Assembly (NCBI GenBank): GCA_044227605.1
Contig: JBGAWJ010000001.1
Location: 4,404 to 68,403, forward strand
Length of the DNA: 64,000 bases
Reading direction: 5' to 3'
DNA from: Alphaproteobacteria bacterium
GTDB taxonomy: Bacteria > Pseudomonadota > Alphaproteobacteria > JAEUKQ01
Position numbers and translations under genes: made by a program. Positions 40,948 to 51,528 of this stretch are shown here, piece by piece (the stretch's first letter is position 1; each line of letters starts with the position of its first letter). A model generated the notes under the pieces. It made no database searches and was not told the origin of the DNA. It saw nothing but the letters and a program-made list of their open reading frames with translations.

Positions 40948-40975
40948 TTGAGAATTTGCAAAATAATCCCTATTT
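40948..40975 (+). promoter_or_regulatory. Possible heat-shock-type promoter upstream of hrcA (TTG-N17-CCCTATTT)
   Basis: The sequence is gTTGagaatttgcaaaataatCCCTATTT, about 70 nt upstream of the hrcA ATG. The -35 element is imperfect (GTTG rather than CTTG). Confidence 0.3.
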
Positions 40976-41043
40976 ACTAAAAACGCATAAACAAATTAAT
41001 TTGAATAAAAATATGCCCAAGAAGGGTTTATACAGTTGAAACG

Positions 41044-42105
41044 ATGGTGATAAAAAACAGAACCAGTATCCACGAGCTTAACCTGAGGTCGCGAGAAATT
41101 TTTCGCCATATTGTGGATACGTATCTTGAAACGGGCGAACCGATAGGTTCAAAGGTTATTTCGAAGCGGGCTAACCTGAATTTGTCGCCAGCTACTATCC
41201 GAAATGTGATGGCAGATTTAGAGGAAGCTGGGTTGCTTTTTGCCCCCCATATTTCTGCTGGCCGAGTGCCCACGGAATTAGGGTTACGATTATTTGTCGA
41301 TGGGCTACTGGAAATTGGCTATTTGGGGGAAGATGAACGCCGCAATATGGAGGAAAAATGTCAAGTGGGGGGGCATAATTTCCCTATTATGCTCGAACAA
41401 GCTATCCAAGCCTTATCAGGGCTTTCCCGTTGCGCCGGATTGGTTGTGGCACCCACCACCGAATATAGGTTGAAGCACATGGAATTCCTAAAGCTTGGGC
41501 CTGATCGTGCCTTGGTGGTCATGGTATCGGAAGACGGGTTAATCGAGAACCGCCTGATTGATTTACCTAAAGGACTGCCGCCAGCTGCACTGGTGGAAGT
41601 AGGAAATTATCTGACTGCGCGTTTGATTAATAAAACGTTGGCGGAAGCAACGGTTGAAATTACCAAAGAATTGGATGATCATCGGACGGAATTGAATTTA
41701 TTGACAGAAAAGGTTATCAAAACGGGGTTGGCTACCTGGGCGGGGACAAAAAATGAGCGTATCCTTATTTTGAGCGGTCAAAGCCATTTACTAGAGGAAG
41801 TAAAAGAATTAGAAGATTTGGAACGGGTTCGCATTTTATTTCAAATGCTTGAGAATAAAGAATCAATGGTTCGCTTGCTCGAAGAATCAAAGAAGGCTAA
41901 ACATGTCCAGATTTTTATAGGTTCTCAAAATGAATTATTTAATTTGGCCGGTTGTTCTTTAATTATCGCCCCTTACCAGAATAACCGGCAACAGGTGATC
42001 GGGGCGGTAGGTGTGATCGGCCCTAGCCGGATAGATTATGCAAGGATTATCCCTATGGTCAATTACACAGCCCAACTGATTGGGCGGTTTTTAACCAAGA
42101 AATAA
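41044..42105 (+). CDS. hrcA: Heat-inducible transcription repressor HrcA
   Basis: An N-terminal winged helix (REIFRHIVDTYLETGEPIGSK) and HrcA C-terminal domain are present over 353 aa. Confidence 0.9.
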   Translation: MVIKNRTSIHELNLRSREIFRHIVDTYLETGEPIGSKVISKRANLNLSPATIRNVMADLEEAGLLFAPHISAGRVPTELGLRLFVDGLLEIGYLGEDERRNMEEKCQVGGHNFPIMLEQAIQALSGLSRCAGLVVAPTTEYRLKHMEFLKLGPDRALVVMVSEDGLIENRLIDLPKGLPPAALVEVGNYLTARLINKTLAEATVEITKELDDHRTELNLLTEKVIKTGLATWAGTKNERILILSGQSHLLEEVKELEDLERVRILFQMLENKESMVRLLEESKKAKHVQIFIGSQNELFNLAGCSLIIAPYQNNRQQVIGAVGVIGPSRIDYARIIPMVNYTAQLIGRFLTKK

Positions 42106-42135
42106 GATATTTTTTATGATGCGAAGGTAGGAAAA

Positions 42136-42810
42136 ATGACAAAGCCTCAACATACGAAATCTTCCGATCAGCCAAAATCTTCGGATCAGCAGGTGTCAAA
42201 GCCTGCTGAAGAAATACAACAACCTCTTCCTGATTCACGCGATAAGAGTGAACAAGAAACATCTGTAACTGCAGACGGATCAGTCTCTCAAGAAGCGCAA
42301 CAAATAGGGTTTTTGGAGCAAAAATTATCTGAAGCAGGTCAAGAGATTGGCCAGTTAAAAGACCAATTATTGCGGACATTGGCGGAAAGCGATAATATCC
42401 GCAAAAGGATGCAGCGCGAAAAAGAGGATAGCCAAAAATTTGCCGTCAGCAATTTTGCCAAGGATTTGATCGCTGTTTATGATAATTTGGAACGAGCTCT
42501 TAAAAACCCCATTGTCACGGAAGACCCGTTAATTAAAAATTTCATTGAAGGGGTGACCATGACAGAACGCCAATTGGCGGCAGTTTTTGAAAAACACCAT
42601 CTGAGACGAATGGTGCCCATAGGTGAAAAATTTGACGGCAACCAGCACCAATCTGTGATGGAGGTACTGTCATCTACCCAACCTCCCGGCACGGTGGCCG
42701 AGGTTTTCCAGGCTGGGTTTTCCCTGCATGATCGTTTGTTACGACCAGCAATTGTAACCGTGGTCAAAGCAGCTTTGAAAGAGGAGGGGGAGGCTAGTAA
42801 AAATAAATAA
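42136..42810 (+). CDS. grpE: Nucleotide exchange factor GrpE
   Basis: The GrpE coiled-coil and C-terminal beta domain are present, and it sits directly downstream of hrcA. The N-terminus contains a KSSDQP tandem repeat. Confidence 0.9.
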   Translation: MTKPQHTKSSDQPKSSDQQVSKPAEEIQQPLPDSRDKSEQETSVTADGSVSQEAQQIGFLEQKLSEAGQEIGQLKDQLLRTLAESDNIRKRMQREKEDSQKFAVSNFAKDLIAVYDNLERALKNPIVTEDPLIKNFIEGVTMTERQLAAVFEKHHLRRMVPIGEKFDGNQHQSVMEVLSSTQPPGTVAEVFQAGFSLHDRLLRPAIVTVVKAALKEEGEASKNK

Positions 42811-42844
42811 GGAAAGATTGCCAAATAATTTTTATTGCAGATAA

Positions 42845-42872
42845 CTTGTAGATTGGCGTAATCATTCTTATA
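42845..42872 (+). promoter_or_regulatory. Sigma-32-type promoter upstream of dnaK: CTTG-N17-CTTATAT
   Basis: The sequence is CTTGtagattggcgtaatcattCTTATAT, about 120 nt upstream of the dnaK ATG. It matches the alphaproteobacterial RpoH consensus CTTG-N17-CYTATNT. Confidence 0.45.
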
Positions 42873-42990
42873 TCTCAACATATTCACCAATAGCTAGTAA
42901 CTATTTAACCATTTATAAATTTATGGGGATTGCCACGAATGCTTCAGATATTAAAGGTTGTGGCTGTAATCTGCCGAGAAGAGAGGGATC

Positions 42991-44910
42991 ATGAGTAAAG
43001 TTATCGGAATTGATTTAGGAACCACCAATTCCTGCGTCGCCATTATGGAAGGCAAAGACACGAAGGTCATCGAAAATACGGAGGGGATACGGACCACCCC
43101 CTCAATTGTTGCTTTTACGGATACGGACGAACGGTTGGTTGGCCAGGCCGCGAAACGGCAAGCGGTAACCAATCCAGAAAATACATTATTTGCGATTAAG
43201 CGGCTTATTGGCCGGCGTTATGATGACGCAATGGTTAAAAAAGATAAGGGTTTAGTTCCTTACAAAATTATTGCGGGGGATAATGGGGATGCTTGGGTTG
43301 AAGCCCGTGGTAAAAAATATTCGCCTTCCCAAGTCAGTGCTTTCATTTTACAAAAAATGAAAGAAACCGCAGAAAATTACTTAGGTGAAAAAGTAACCCA
43401 AGCGGTGATTACGGTACCCGCTTATTTCAATGACTCACAACGCCAAGCCACCAAAGATGCTGGCCGGATTGCCGGTTTAGAGGTTCTGCGTATTATTAAC
43501 GAACCCACCGCGGCAGCCTTAGCGTACGGGCTTGAGAAAAAGGGCAGCGGCATTATTGCTGTTTATGATTTGGGCGGTGGCACCTTTGATATTTCTATAT
43601 TGGAAATCGGTGACGGCGTATTTGAAGTCAAATCAACCAATGGCGATACGTTCCTTGGGGGTGAAGACTTTGACAACCGCATTATGGATTATTTGGCCGA
43701 AGAATTCCGCAAAGAAAACGGGATTGACCTGCGCAAAGACAAGTTGGCTTTACAGCGCCTGAAAGAGGCTTCTGAAAAAGCTAAAATTGAGCTTTCCAGT
43801 GCGATGCAAACAGAGGTCAATCTGCCTTTCATTACGGCGGATAAAAATGGGCCCAAGCATATGAATATCCGTTTAACAAGAGCAAAGCTTGAATCCTTGG
43901 TGGATGAATTTATCCAACGCACCCTGGAGCCTTGCCGGGCTGCTTTAAAAGATGCCGGTTTGAAAGCTTCCGAAATCAATGAGGTTGTTTTGGTCGGCGG
44001 TATGACGCGTATGCCGAAGGTGATTGAAACAGTCCGCAGCTTTTTTGGCCGTGAGCCACACCGGGGTGTTAACCCTGATGAAGTGGTGGCAGTGGGAGCT
44101 GCTATCCAGGGGGCGGTTTTGAAAGGTGAAGTGAAAGATGTATTGTTACTCGATGTAACGCCCCTTTCTTTAGGGATTGAGACATTAGGGGGGGTTTTCA
44201 CTCGGTTAATTGACCGCAATACTACTGTTCCTACCAAACGAAGCCAGATTTTCTCAACGGCAGATGACAGCCAAACCGCTGTTACCATCCGCGTTTTCCA
44301 GGGGGAGCGGGAAATGGCCGCTGATAACAAGCTGCTGGGTCAATTTGATTTGTTAGGGTTGCCCGCAGCCCCAAGGGGGGTTCCGCAGATTGAGGTAACA
44401 TTCGATATTGATGCAAACGGCATTGTCAGCGTTTCGGCAAAAGACAAGGCAACCAATAAAGAGCAGCAAATCCGCATCCAGGCTTCGGGCGGGTTAAATG
44501 AACAAGACATTAAAAAAATGGTTAAAGAGGCCGAGGCTAATGCCAGTGAGGATAAGAAAAAACGGGCGTTAGTTGAAGCACGTAACCAAGCCGAGTCATT
44601 GGTTCATGCCAATGAAAAGATGGTCAAGGATAATGAAGGTAAGATCAGTGCAACCGATAAGGATTCTATCCAAAAAGCTATTGCTTCCTTAAAAGAAGTA
44701 TTGTCAGGAACTGACATCGAGGCGATTAAGTCCCGATCCGAATCATTGGCACAATTGGCCATGAAAATGGGGGAAGCCATGTATCGCTCCCAGCAGCAAA
44801 CATCCGCACCTCAGGACAACAATGAAGGTGAAGGTAAGACGGAAAATGAAGAAAAGGTTGTGGATGCTGATTTTCAAGAAGTCAACAATAACAAACGTAA
44901 AAAACCATAG
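42991..44910 (+). CDS. dnaK: Molecular chaperone DnaK (Hsp70)
   Basis: The N-terminus [13 protein letters not shown] is canonical, and Hsp70 identity runs the full 639 aa. Confidence 0.97.
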   Translation: MSKVIGIDLGTTNSCVAIMEGKDTKVIENTEGIRTTPSIVAFTDTDERLVGQAAKRQAVTNPENTLFAIKRLIGRRYDDAMVKKDKGLVPYKIIAGDNGDAWVEARGKKYSPSQVSAFILQKMKETAENYLGEKVTQAVITVPAYFNDSQRQATKDAGRIAGLEVLRIINEPTAAALAYGLEKKGSGIIAVYDLGGGTFDISILEIGDGVFEVKSTNGDTFLGGEDFDNRIMDYLAEEFRKENGIDLRKDKLALQRLKEASEKAKIELSSAMQTEVNLPFITADKNGPKHMNIRLTRAKLESLVDEFIQRTLEPCRAALKDAGLKASEINEVVLVGGMTRMPKVIETVRSFFGREPHRGVNPDEVVAVGAAIQGAVLKGEVKDVLLLDVTPLSLGIETLGGVFTRLIDRNTTVPTKRSQIFSTADDSQTAVTIRVFQGEREMAADNKLLGQFDLLGLPAAPRGVPQIEVTFDIDANGIVSVSAKDKATNKEQQIRIQASGGLNEQDIKKMVKEAEANASEDKKKRALVEARNQAESLVHANEKMVKDNEGKISATDKDSIQKAIASLKEVLSGTDIEAIKSRSESLAQLAMKMGEAMYRSQQQTSAPQDNNEGEGKTENEEKVVDADFQEVNNNKRKKP

Positions 44911-44971
44911 ATATGTTTCTTCCGCCAGCCTTAAATATTTTTAAGGCTGGTTTTAGATTTTAGGGTAGAAA

Positions 44972-46129
44972 ATGGCCGCAGCTAAACAAGATTATTATGA
45001 AATCCTTGGGGTATCCAAAACGGCAAGTGGCGAGGATTTGAAAAAAGCTTACCGTGTGTTGGCGATGAAACACCATCCCGATCGCAATCCAGGTAATCAG
45101 GCATCAGAACAAAAATTTAAAGAAATCAACGAAGCCTACGATATTCTAAAAGATGAGCAGAAAAGGGCAGCTTATGACCAATTTGGTCATGCAGCCTTCC
45201 AAAATGGGGGGGGGCGTTCGGGACGACCTAACGGACAGGGGGCAGAGGGATTTGGGTTTGCCGGAGGTGGGTTTGCCGATATTTTTAATGAAATGTTTGG
45301 CGATTTTACGGATTCGCGTGCTGGTGGTCGCCAAGCCCGGGGTACGGATCTGCGGTATAATATGGAAATAAGCTTAGAGGAGGCTTTTTCGGGCAAGCAA
45401 GTGACGATCCGCGTGCCGGGATCATCGGTTTGTGATACCTGCCACGGCTCGGGTAGCGAACAGGGTAGTCAACCTGTTACCTGCCCTAGCTGTCGCGGTA
45501 GCGGTAAGCAGCGGGCGGCCCAAGGGTTTTTCACCATTGAGCGTACCTGTCAACAATGTGCGGGTTTAGGAAAAATTATTGAAAAACCATGCCGGGTTTG
45601 CCGGGGGAACGGTACCGTTAAGCGTGAAAAAACCTTGGAAGTCAATATTCCCGCAGGGGTGGAAGATGGCTCTCGTATCCGCTTATCAGGACAGGGGGAA
45701 GCTGGCATGCGTGGCTTACCTGCAGGGGATCTTTATATTTTTGTGAATATCCGGCAACATCCGATTTTTCAGCGGGAAGGGGCAACCATTGAATGCCAGA
45801 TTCCTATCCCTCTGGTAACAGCTGTTCTGGGGGGATCAGTAGATGTGCCAACGGTTGAGGGAAACTGGGGTAAAGTTACCATTCCTGCGGGCACCCAAAG
45901 CGGACAAAAATTTCGTTTGAAAAACAAAGGAATGAGTGTCTTGCGTTCCTCCAACCGTGGGGATATGTATTGTACCGTGGTGACTGAAACGCCCGTCAAT
46001 CTGACCAAGCGCCAGCAAGAGCTTTTAAAGGAATTTACAGAAATTGCTGAAGCTAATCCAAAAAACTATCCAATTATGGAAAAATTTTTAACCAAAGTGA
46101 AAGAATTTTGGAAAAATTTGCGACCCTAG
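44972..46129 (+). CDS. dnaJ: Molecular chaperone DnaJ (Hsp40)
   Basis: A J domain ([13 protein letters not shown]) is followed by a Gly-rich linker and four CxxCxGxG zinc-finger repeats. Confidence 0.95.
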   Translation: MAAAKQDYYEILGVSKTASGEDLKKAYRVLAMKHHPDRNPGNQASEQKFKEINEAYDILKDEQKRAAYDQFGHAAFQNGGGRSGRPNGQGAEGFGFAGGGFADIFNEMFGDFTDSRAGGRQARGTDLRYNMEISLEEAFSGKQVTIRVPGSSVCDTCHGSGSEQGSQPVTCPSCRGSGKQRAAQGFFTIERTCQQCAGLGKIIEKPCRVCRGNGTVKREKTLEVNIPAGVEDGSRIRLSGQGEAGMRGLPAGDLYIFVNIRQHPIFQREGATIECQIPIPLVTAVLGGSVDVPTVEGNWGKVTIPAGTQSGQKFRLKNKGMSVLRSSNRGDMYCTVVTETPVNLTKRQQELLKEFTEIAEANPKNYPIMEKFLTKVKEFWKNLRP

Positions 46130-46149
46130 TTCCACCTACATGATGTGAG

Positions 46150-46812
46150 TTGATGACAATTCAGGCCAAGCGGTTATTAACGGCACGCGAAATAGAAGAA
46201 ATTTTTAAAATATTTTCTACAGCTAATCCGAAGCCAAAGGGCGAGCTAATTTATCAAAACCCCTACACCTTGTTGATAGCGGTTGTTTTGTCTGCCCAAG
46301 CAACCGATAAAAGCGTTAATAAGGCCACAGCTGCTTTATTTGCGGTCGCAAGCAACCCCCAAGCCATGGTTGCATTAGGTGAGGAGAACCTACGAGAATA
46401 TATTAAAACAATCGGGCTTTATAACAGCAAAGCCAGAAACATCTTGTTGCTGAGTCGGAAATTGCTGACGGATTTTCAAGGAAAAGTGCCCGCAAACCGG
46501 CAACAGCTAGAGGAACTTCCCGGTGTTGGCCGGAAAACCGCCAATGTGGTTCTAAATATTGTTTTTGGGGAACCGACGATTGCCGTTGATACCCATGTTT
46601 TTCGAGTGGCCAATCGCACAGGACTGGCATTAGCAGCGACGCCATCCTTGGTTGAAAAAATGCTTGGGGAAAGGGTGCCGCACGCTTACCAACAATCTGC
46701 CCATCATTGGCTGATTTTGCATGGGCGATATGTTTGTAAAGCCCGCAAGCCAGATTGCCAGACTTGTTCTATTAAAGATATGTGCCAATATCCCGACAAA
46801 ACTGCCAGATAA
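46150..46812 (+). CDS. nth: Endonuclease III
   Basis: A helix-hairpin-helix, the catalytic Lys region and a C-terminal 4Fe-4S cluster (CxxxxxxCxxCxxxxxC) are present. Confidence 0.9.
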   Translation: MMTIQAKRLLTAREIEEIFKIFSTANPKPKGELIYQNPYTLLIAVVLSAQATDKSVNKATAALFAVASNPQAMVALGEENLREYIKTIGLYNSKARNILLLSRKLLTDFQGKVPANRQQLEELPGVGRKTANVVLNIVFGEPTIAVDTHVFRVANRTGLALAATPSLVEKMLGERVPHAYQQSAHHWLILHGRYVCKARKPDCQTCSIKDMCQYPDKTAR

Positions 46813-46848
46813 TCCACAGTCCGGCGGGTTCCAAGGTAGATTGTTTGC

Positions 46849-47226
46849 TTAAATTTTTACTAAGCGCGATAAGCATAAATCCGTATCCGCGGCAATGCCT
46901 GCACGGGAACGGGCGATCACATGAGTGGCTCGCAAGGGCTGCTGATGGGTGCGGGAGTAAAAAAATATGTCAACCACACAATCAGCTTGATGGAATTGCC
47001 ATAATTCAGCTGGGGGATCGGACCTTTTTAAAACGGGGTTGCCGAATAACGCCATAATTTCCTGCGGCGATTTATTAATAATAGCAGCAGAAGTGACTAA
47101 GGCTCCGCCGGGCAAGGGGCTATCCAGGTTTTCAGTCCCGGACTGACACGCAGAAACAGACAGCAAACTGGTTGATAGAAAAACCGCCCGCAACCAGTTT
47201 GGAAATAGGGGATAACCCGCGATCAT
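46849..47226 (-). CDS. Small hypothetical lipoprotein, downstream partner of the bactofilin gene
   Basis: The lipobox LSVSAC is present. The ORF lies 16 nt downstream of the bactofilin gene on the same strand. It has no recognisable domain. Confidence 0.45.
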   Translation of the reverse strand: MIAGYPLFPNWLRAVFLSTSLLSVSACQSGTENLDSPLPGGALVTSAAIINKSPQEIMALFGNPVLKRSDPPAELWQFHQADCVVDIFFYSRTHQQPLRATHVIARSRAGIAADTDLCLSRLVKI

Positions 47227-47241
47227 TACCAGATGCTTAAA

Positions 47242-47910
47242 CTACTGGCCGGACGGGGCTTCGTCAATTTGATAAGCGGGCTGGGTATTGCTTGGGTTAA
47301 CCGACGCATGCTCATACCCATGATGGGGGTTGTCATGTAAATCAGAAAGCAGCTCAAGCTGGCCAGATAATGCCCCTCCTTTTTCCACCTCTAATTGAGC
47401 ATAGCGGATGGAACCCACAACTTTGCCGGTGGAACGTACAGTTAAACGGCCATGAACGGTAATGTCCCCTTCAAACCGCCCACTGATGTCAGCTGTTTCG
47501 ATGTGGGCCGAACCTTTGAAAACCCCAAATTCCGAAATTTCAATACTGCGGCTATCGGTTAAAGAAGCTTCCACCCGACCTTCCACAATCAACCGTTGGC
47601 AAGCCCGGATTTCCCCAGTTAAAACGATATCGCGACCGACAATTAAGCGTTTGCCCTCCGAATCAGCATTCGTTTTTGCTTCGCTGCGGCGTACGGAGAT
47701 AGAGGAGGACATATTTTCGGTATTGATGCCAGGTCTTGCTATCGGCGCAACAGGGCGGTTATTCAAGGCGTTAGCATTCGGCTCGCTACGGTGAGTGGGT
47801 CGATTACTGGTCAGCAGGGAGGGTTCGGGTGAACTTTCCCGTGATGGGGAAGAGGAAACTGTCTCTTTTAAGGGCATCTCACGCTCTTTCTTTTTTCCGA
47901 ACATGGCCAA
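47242..47910 (-). CDS. Bactofilin-family cytoskeletal protein with a Ser/Pro/Asn-rich disordered N-terminus
   Basis: The C-terminal 110 aa show the bactofilin (DUF583) beta-helix repeats: LIVGRDIVLTGEI, VEGRVEASL, ISGRFEGDITV and RLTVRSTGKVVGSI. Confidence 0.75.
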   Translation of the reverse strand: MAMFGKKKEREMPLKETVSSSPSRESSPEPSLLTSNRPTHRSEPNANALNNRPVAPIARPGINTENMSSSISVRRSEAKTNADSEGKRLIVGRDIVLTGEIRACQRLIVEGRVEASLTDSRSIEISEFGVFKGSAHIETADISGRFEGDITVHGRLTVRSTGKVVGSIRYAQLEVEKGGALSGQLELLSDLHDNPHHGYEHASVNPSNTQPAYQIDEAPSGQ

Positions 47911-48072
47911 ATCCTTATACTGTACCTGAAAATAAATATATGTATTGTTCTCTACATACCATAATTATATAAATTGCAACAGAAGTTTTTTAAAGAAAAC
48001 AGCAGCGCCATAGCCTTTCCTGAAATCATCGTTTTTCAGCCTTTTCTACAAGCATGGTGTTTTAGCAACCCG

Positions 48073-48522
48073 TCATGATCTTCTATAACTGATCATCGCA
48101 ACCCCTATCATTGATAAAATAATACCAACGATATTAATAAGGGTTAGCTGTTCCTTAAGCACCCCCAAGCCAACCGCCATTAATATGATATTGATCACTA
48201 CCCCCGTTACCACATTTCCCACACTTAAGTCCCAGCCCTGGCGATACATCAGTAAAAATCCTAACTCCATCAAAATAATAGCCCCGGCAATTCCTAATTG
48301 AACCCAGCCTAACTGTTTCATATGGGTGACCAGGCCTCCTTGGATGGGGAAAAGCAATAAAATGGGAATGCAAATCGCGAGTACAGCCATATAAATAGCG
48401 GTAATAGAGACAAGCGGATTAATGGTTGGCGATATTTTTTTCACAAAGAAGTGATACCCAACCGTGCCAATAATGGCCAGGGCGGCTGATAAATAATATA
48501 AAAAACTACCTTTTTCTGACAT
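48073..48522 (-). CDS. Small EamA-like (half-DMT) membrane protein
   Basis: The 149-aa protein has four or five predicted transmembrane helices in the EamA-like pattern. Confidence 0.5.
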   Translation of the reverse strand: MSEKGSFLYYLSAALAIIGTVGYHFFVKKISPTINPLVSITAIYMAVLAICIPILLLFPIQGGLVTHMKQLGWVQLGIAGAIILMELGFLLMYRQGWDLSVGNVVTGVVINIILMAVGLGVLKEQLTLINIVGIILSMIGVAMISYRRS

Positions 48523-48654
48523 GGGTCATACCTTCAAGAACCGAATAAGCCTGAAATAATAAGGGCATGGATCGCAAACAGCATAGCCAAAATCAATCAA
48601 CCTAAAAAGATCTTTTTTGCATCAGTCACGAAAATAACTTGTACAAGTTTATAA

Positions 48655-49689
48655 TTGATGGCAGAACAAGGGAAGTTTAAGGGGATGGATGAAATGGCTA
48701 ACCACCAGTATGATGTTGTGGCGATTGGCAATGCTATCGTTGATATTCTGGCGCATGTGGAAAGTGTTTTTCTAGATAAGGCGGGACTGAAAAAAGGGGC
48801 CATGACCCTGATTAATGAGGCCCAATCGGATCAATTATATGAATTGATGGGCCCAGCCACCGAAGTTTCCGGCGGTTCTGCCGCCAATACGGCAGCGGGT
48901 TTAGCCTCGCTTGGGGTTCGGACGGCTTTTATTGGCAAGGTGTGTAATGACCAGCTTGGCAATATTTTCCGCCATGATATCCAAACCGCTGGTGTTTATT
49001 TTGGTACCAAAGCCTCAGTCAAGGGGCCATCAACCGCTAGATGTATGGTTTTTGTAACCCCTGATTCTCACCGTACGTTACAGACTTATTTGGGGGCTTG
49101 CGTAACGCTCTCAACAAAAGATGTACCGAAAACTTTAATTGAATCTGCGGCGATCACCTATCTTGAGGGATATTTATGGGATTCACCTTCAGCTGCCGCC
49201 GCCTGCGAACAGGCTATTGATTATGCTAAAAAGAAAGGTAAAAAAGTTTCCCTCAGCCTTTCCGACCCTTATTGCGTTGATAGGCACCGGCAAAAATTCC
49301 AAAAATTGTGCGAGGTTACGGATATCCTTTTCGCCAATGATGCAGAGATTAAAGCTTTGTGGCAAACAGATCAGTTGGCCGCTGCGGTTGAACAAACCAG
49401 GCAACGGGTGTCTTTGGCAGCTATTACCCAAGGATCCAGTGGTTCCTTGATCATTACGAAACAAGAAACCATCCTGGTTAAAGCGGCCCCTGTTCGGGAT
49501 GTTGTTGACACCACCGGTGCAGGTGATTTATATGCAGCAGGATTTTTATATGGTTTTGTTCGGGGATATCCGTTAAAAGATTGTGGGGCAATTGCATCTC
49601 TTACCGCTGCGGAAATTATCAGCCATCTGGGGGCCAGGCCAGCTGTTTCTCTGTCAAAACTTTTAGAAGATTCGCGTATTATTGTATAA
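48655..49689 (+). CDS. PfkB-family carbohydrate/nucleoside kinase (adenosine-kinase-like)
   Basis: The VVAIGNAIVDIL N-terminal motif and the C-terminal DTTGAGDLYAAGF anion-hole motif are present. The true start may be the ATG at 48694. Confidence 0.75.
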   Translation: MMAEQGKFKGMDEMANHQYDVVAIGNAIVDILAHVESVFLDKAGLKKGAMTLINEAQSDQLYELMGPATEVSGGSAANTAAGLASLGVRTAFIGKVCNDQLGNIFRHDIQTAGVYFGTKASVKGPSTARCMVFVTPDSHRTLQTYLGACVTLSTKDVPKTLIESAAITYLEGYLWDSPSAAAACEQAIDYAKKKGKKVSLSLSDPYCVDRHRQKFQKLCEVTDILFANDAEIKALWQTDQLAAAVEQTRQRVSLAAITQGSSGSLIITKQETILVKAAPVRDVVDTTGAGDLYAAGFLYGFVRGYPLKDCGAIASLTAAEIISHLGARPAVSLSKLLEDSRIIV

Positions 49690-49707
49690 CTAACGATTGG
49701 AAAGTGT

Positions 49708-51528
49708 ATGTTACTTAGAAATTTAGCCATTATTGCCCACGTCGATCACGGTAAAACCACCTTAGTTGATCAGTTGTTGCGCCAAAGCGGAACATTTCGC
49801 GCCAACCAGCAAATGGTGGAAAGGGTGATGGATTCGAATGAACTTGAAAAGGAACGCGGTATCACCATTTTGGCCAAATGCACGTCGGTTACTTGGAAAG
49901 GCATTAAGCTGAATATTGTGGATACGCCGGGGCACGCCGATTTCGGTGGAGAAGTTGAGCGTATTTTAAACATGGTGGACGGGGTCGTGGTGTTGGTGGA
50001 TGCCGCTGAAGGGCCTATGCCGCAAACCAAATTTGTAACCATGAAGGCTTTGAAACAAGGGCTGAAGCCAATTGTGGTCATTAACAAGGTGGATCGTCCG
50101 GATGCCCGGGCCCAAGAAGTGCAAAATCTGGTTTTTGATTTGTTTGCCTTACTGGGTGCCACGGATGAGCAACTTGATTTTCCAACCCTTTTCGCGTCTT
50201 CCAAGCAAGGATGGGCCGCACATTCCTTAGATGCCCCCCGCCTAAATCTGGAGCCGCTTTTTGATTTGATTGTCAAACACGTGCCGCCGCCGACCTGCAA
50301 CCCCGATGAAAAATTTGCCATGTTGGCCACAATTATCGAATCAGATCCTTATTTGGGGCGTATTTTAACGGGGCGTATCAATACAGGAAAAGCAAAAGTC
50401 AATATGCCAGTCAAGGCGCTAAGCCCCGATGGAAAGATCATTGAACAAGGACGTCTAACCAAATTATTGGCTTTCCGCGGTGTGGAACGGATCCCAGTTG
50501 AGCAAGCAGTTGCAGGTGATATTATAGCCATTGCGGGGTTAGGGGCACCCACCGTGGCCGATACCATTTGTGATCCCGCTGTTATGACCCCTATTCCAGC
50601 CCAACCCATTGATCCACCGACCTTGTCCATTAATATCAGCGTGAATGATTCACCCCTAGCCGGACGGGAGGGCAATAAGGTTACCAGCCGAGAAATCCGG
50701 GCCAGGCTTTGGAAGGAAGGCGAGGGGAACGTCGCCATTCGCGTCAAGGAATCGGATCAGAAGGATTCGTTTGAGGTTTCTGGACGGGGTGAATTGCAAT
50801 TGGGTGTGTTGATTGAAACCATGCGGCGGGAAGGCTTTGAATTGTCCATCAGCCGACCGAAGGTGATTTATCAGCAAGATCCCGTAACTTCACAACGCTT
50901 GGAGCCGTTTGAAGAAGTATTGGTTGATGTGGACGAAGAATATGCAGGCGTTGTGGTTGAAAAAATTGGAATGCGTCGGGGGGAAATGTCTGACATGCAG
51001 CCATCCGGCAGCGGTAAAACCCGTGTCACCTTCATTGTGCCATCTCGTGGATTGATCGGTTATCATGGCGAATTTATGACCGATACCCGAGGTACGGGTA
51101 TTATGAACAGGTTGTTTCACGGTTATGCGCCTTATAAAGGGGCGATTGGGGGCCGACGCAATGGCGTGTTGATTTCTACTTCTAACGGTAAGGCTGTAAC
51201 CTATGCTTTATGGTATTTGGAAGAACGCGGTATTTTGATGATCCCCCCCGGCGTTGATGTGTATGAGGGGATGATTCTTGGCGAACATTCGCGTGAGAAT
51301 GATTTGGACGTCAACCCGATTAAGGAAAAGCATCTCAGCAACGTTCGCACAACGGCGAAAGAAGAGGCCATTCGCCTAACTCCGCCGCTGATCATGACAT
51401 TAGAAAAAGCGATGTCCTATATCCAAGAAGATGAATTGGTTGAAATCACGCCAAAAAACATCCGCTTGCGCAAAAAATACTTAAACCCTAATGAGCGCAA
51501 GAGGTTCAACAAACAAAACGCGGATTAA
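49708..51528 (+). CDS. typA: Translational GTPase TypA/BipA
   Basis: The N-terminus NLAIIAHVDHGKTTLVD is canonical, and BipA identity runs the full 606 aa. Confidence 0.95.
   Translation: MLLRNLAIIAHVDHGKTTLVDQLLRQSGTFRANQQMVERVMDSNELEKERGITILAKCTSVTWKGIKLNIVDTPGHADFGGEVERILNMVDGVVVLVDAAEGPMPQTKFVTMKALKQGLKPIVVINKVDRPDARAQEVQNLVFDLFALLGATDEQLDFPTLFASSKQGWAAHSLDAPRLNLEPLFDLIVKHVPPPTCNPDEKFAMLATIIESDPYLGRILTGRINTGKAKVNMPVKALSPDGKIIEQGRLTKLLAFRGVERIPVEQAVAGDIIAIAGLGAPTVADTICDPAVMTPIPAQPIDPPTLSINISVNDSPLAGREGNKVTSREIRARLWKEGEGNVAIRVKESDQKDSFEVSGRGELQLGVLIETMRREGFELSISRPKVIYQQDPVTSQRLEPFEEVLVDVDEEYAGVVVEKIGMRRGEMSDMQPSGSGKTRVTFIVPSRGLIGYHGEFMTDTRGTGIMNRLFHGYAPYKGAIGGRRNGVLISTSNGKAVTYALWYLEERGILMIPPGVDVYEGMILGEHSRENDLDVNPIKEKHLSNVRTTAKEEAIRLTPPLIMTLEKAMSYIQEDELVEITPKNIRLRKKYLNPNERKRFNKQNAD

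Noticed and set aside
42166-42200. 18-bp imperfect tandem repeat (tcttccgatcagccaaaa / tcttcggatcagcag)
   Set aside because: It lies inside the grpE coding sequence and encodes a duplicated KSSDQP/KSSDQQ peptide in the disordered N-terminus. It is a coding micro-duplication, not a regulatory repeat.
40907-42990. Search for the CIRCE element (TTAGCACTC-N9-GAGTGCTAA) upstream of hrcA, grpE and dnaK
   Set aside because: No match with two or fewer mismatches per arm was seen by eye. This is reported as an absence, not a feature. A weak degenerate site cannot be excluded without a computational scan.
43689-44330. 213-aa minus-strand ORF
   Set aside because: It is antisense to dnaK and is a shadow ORF.
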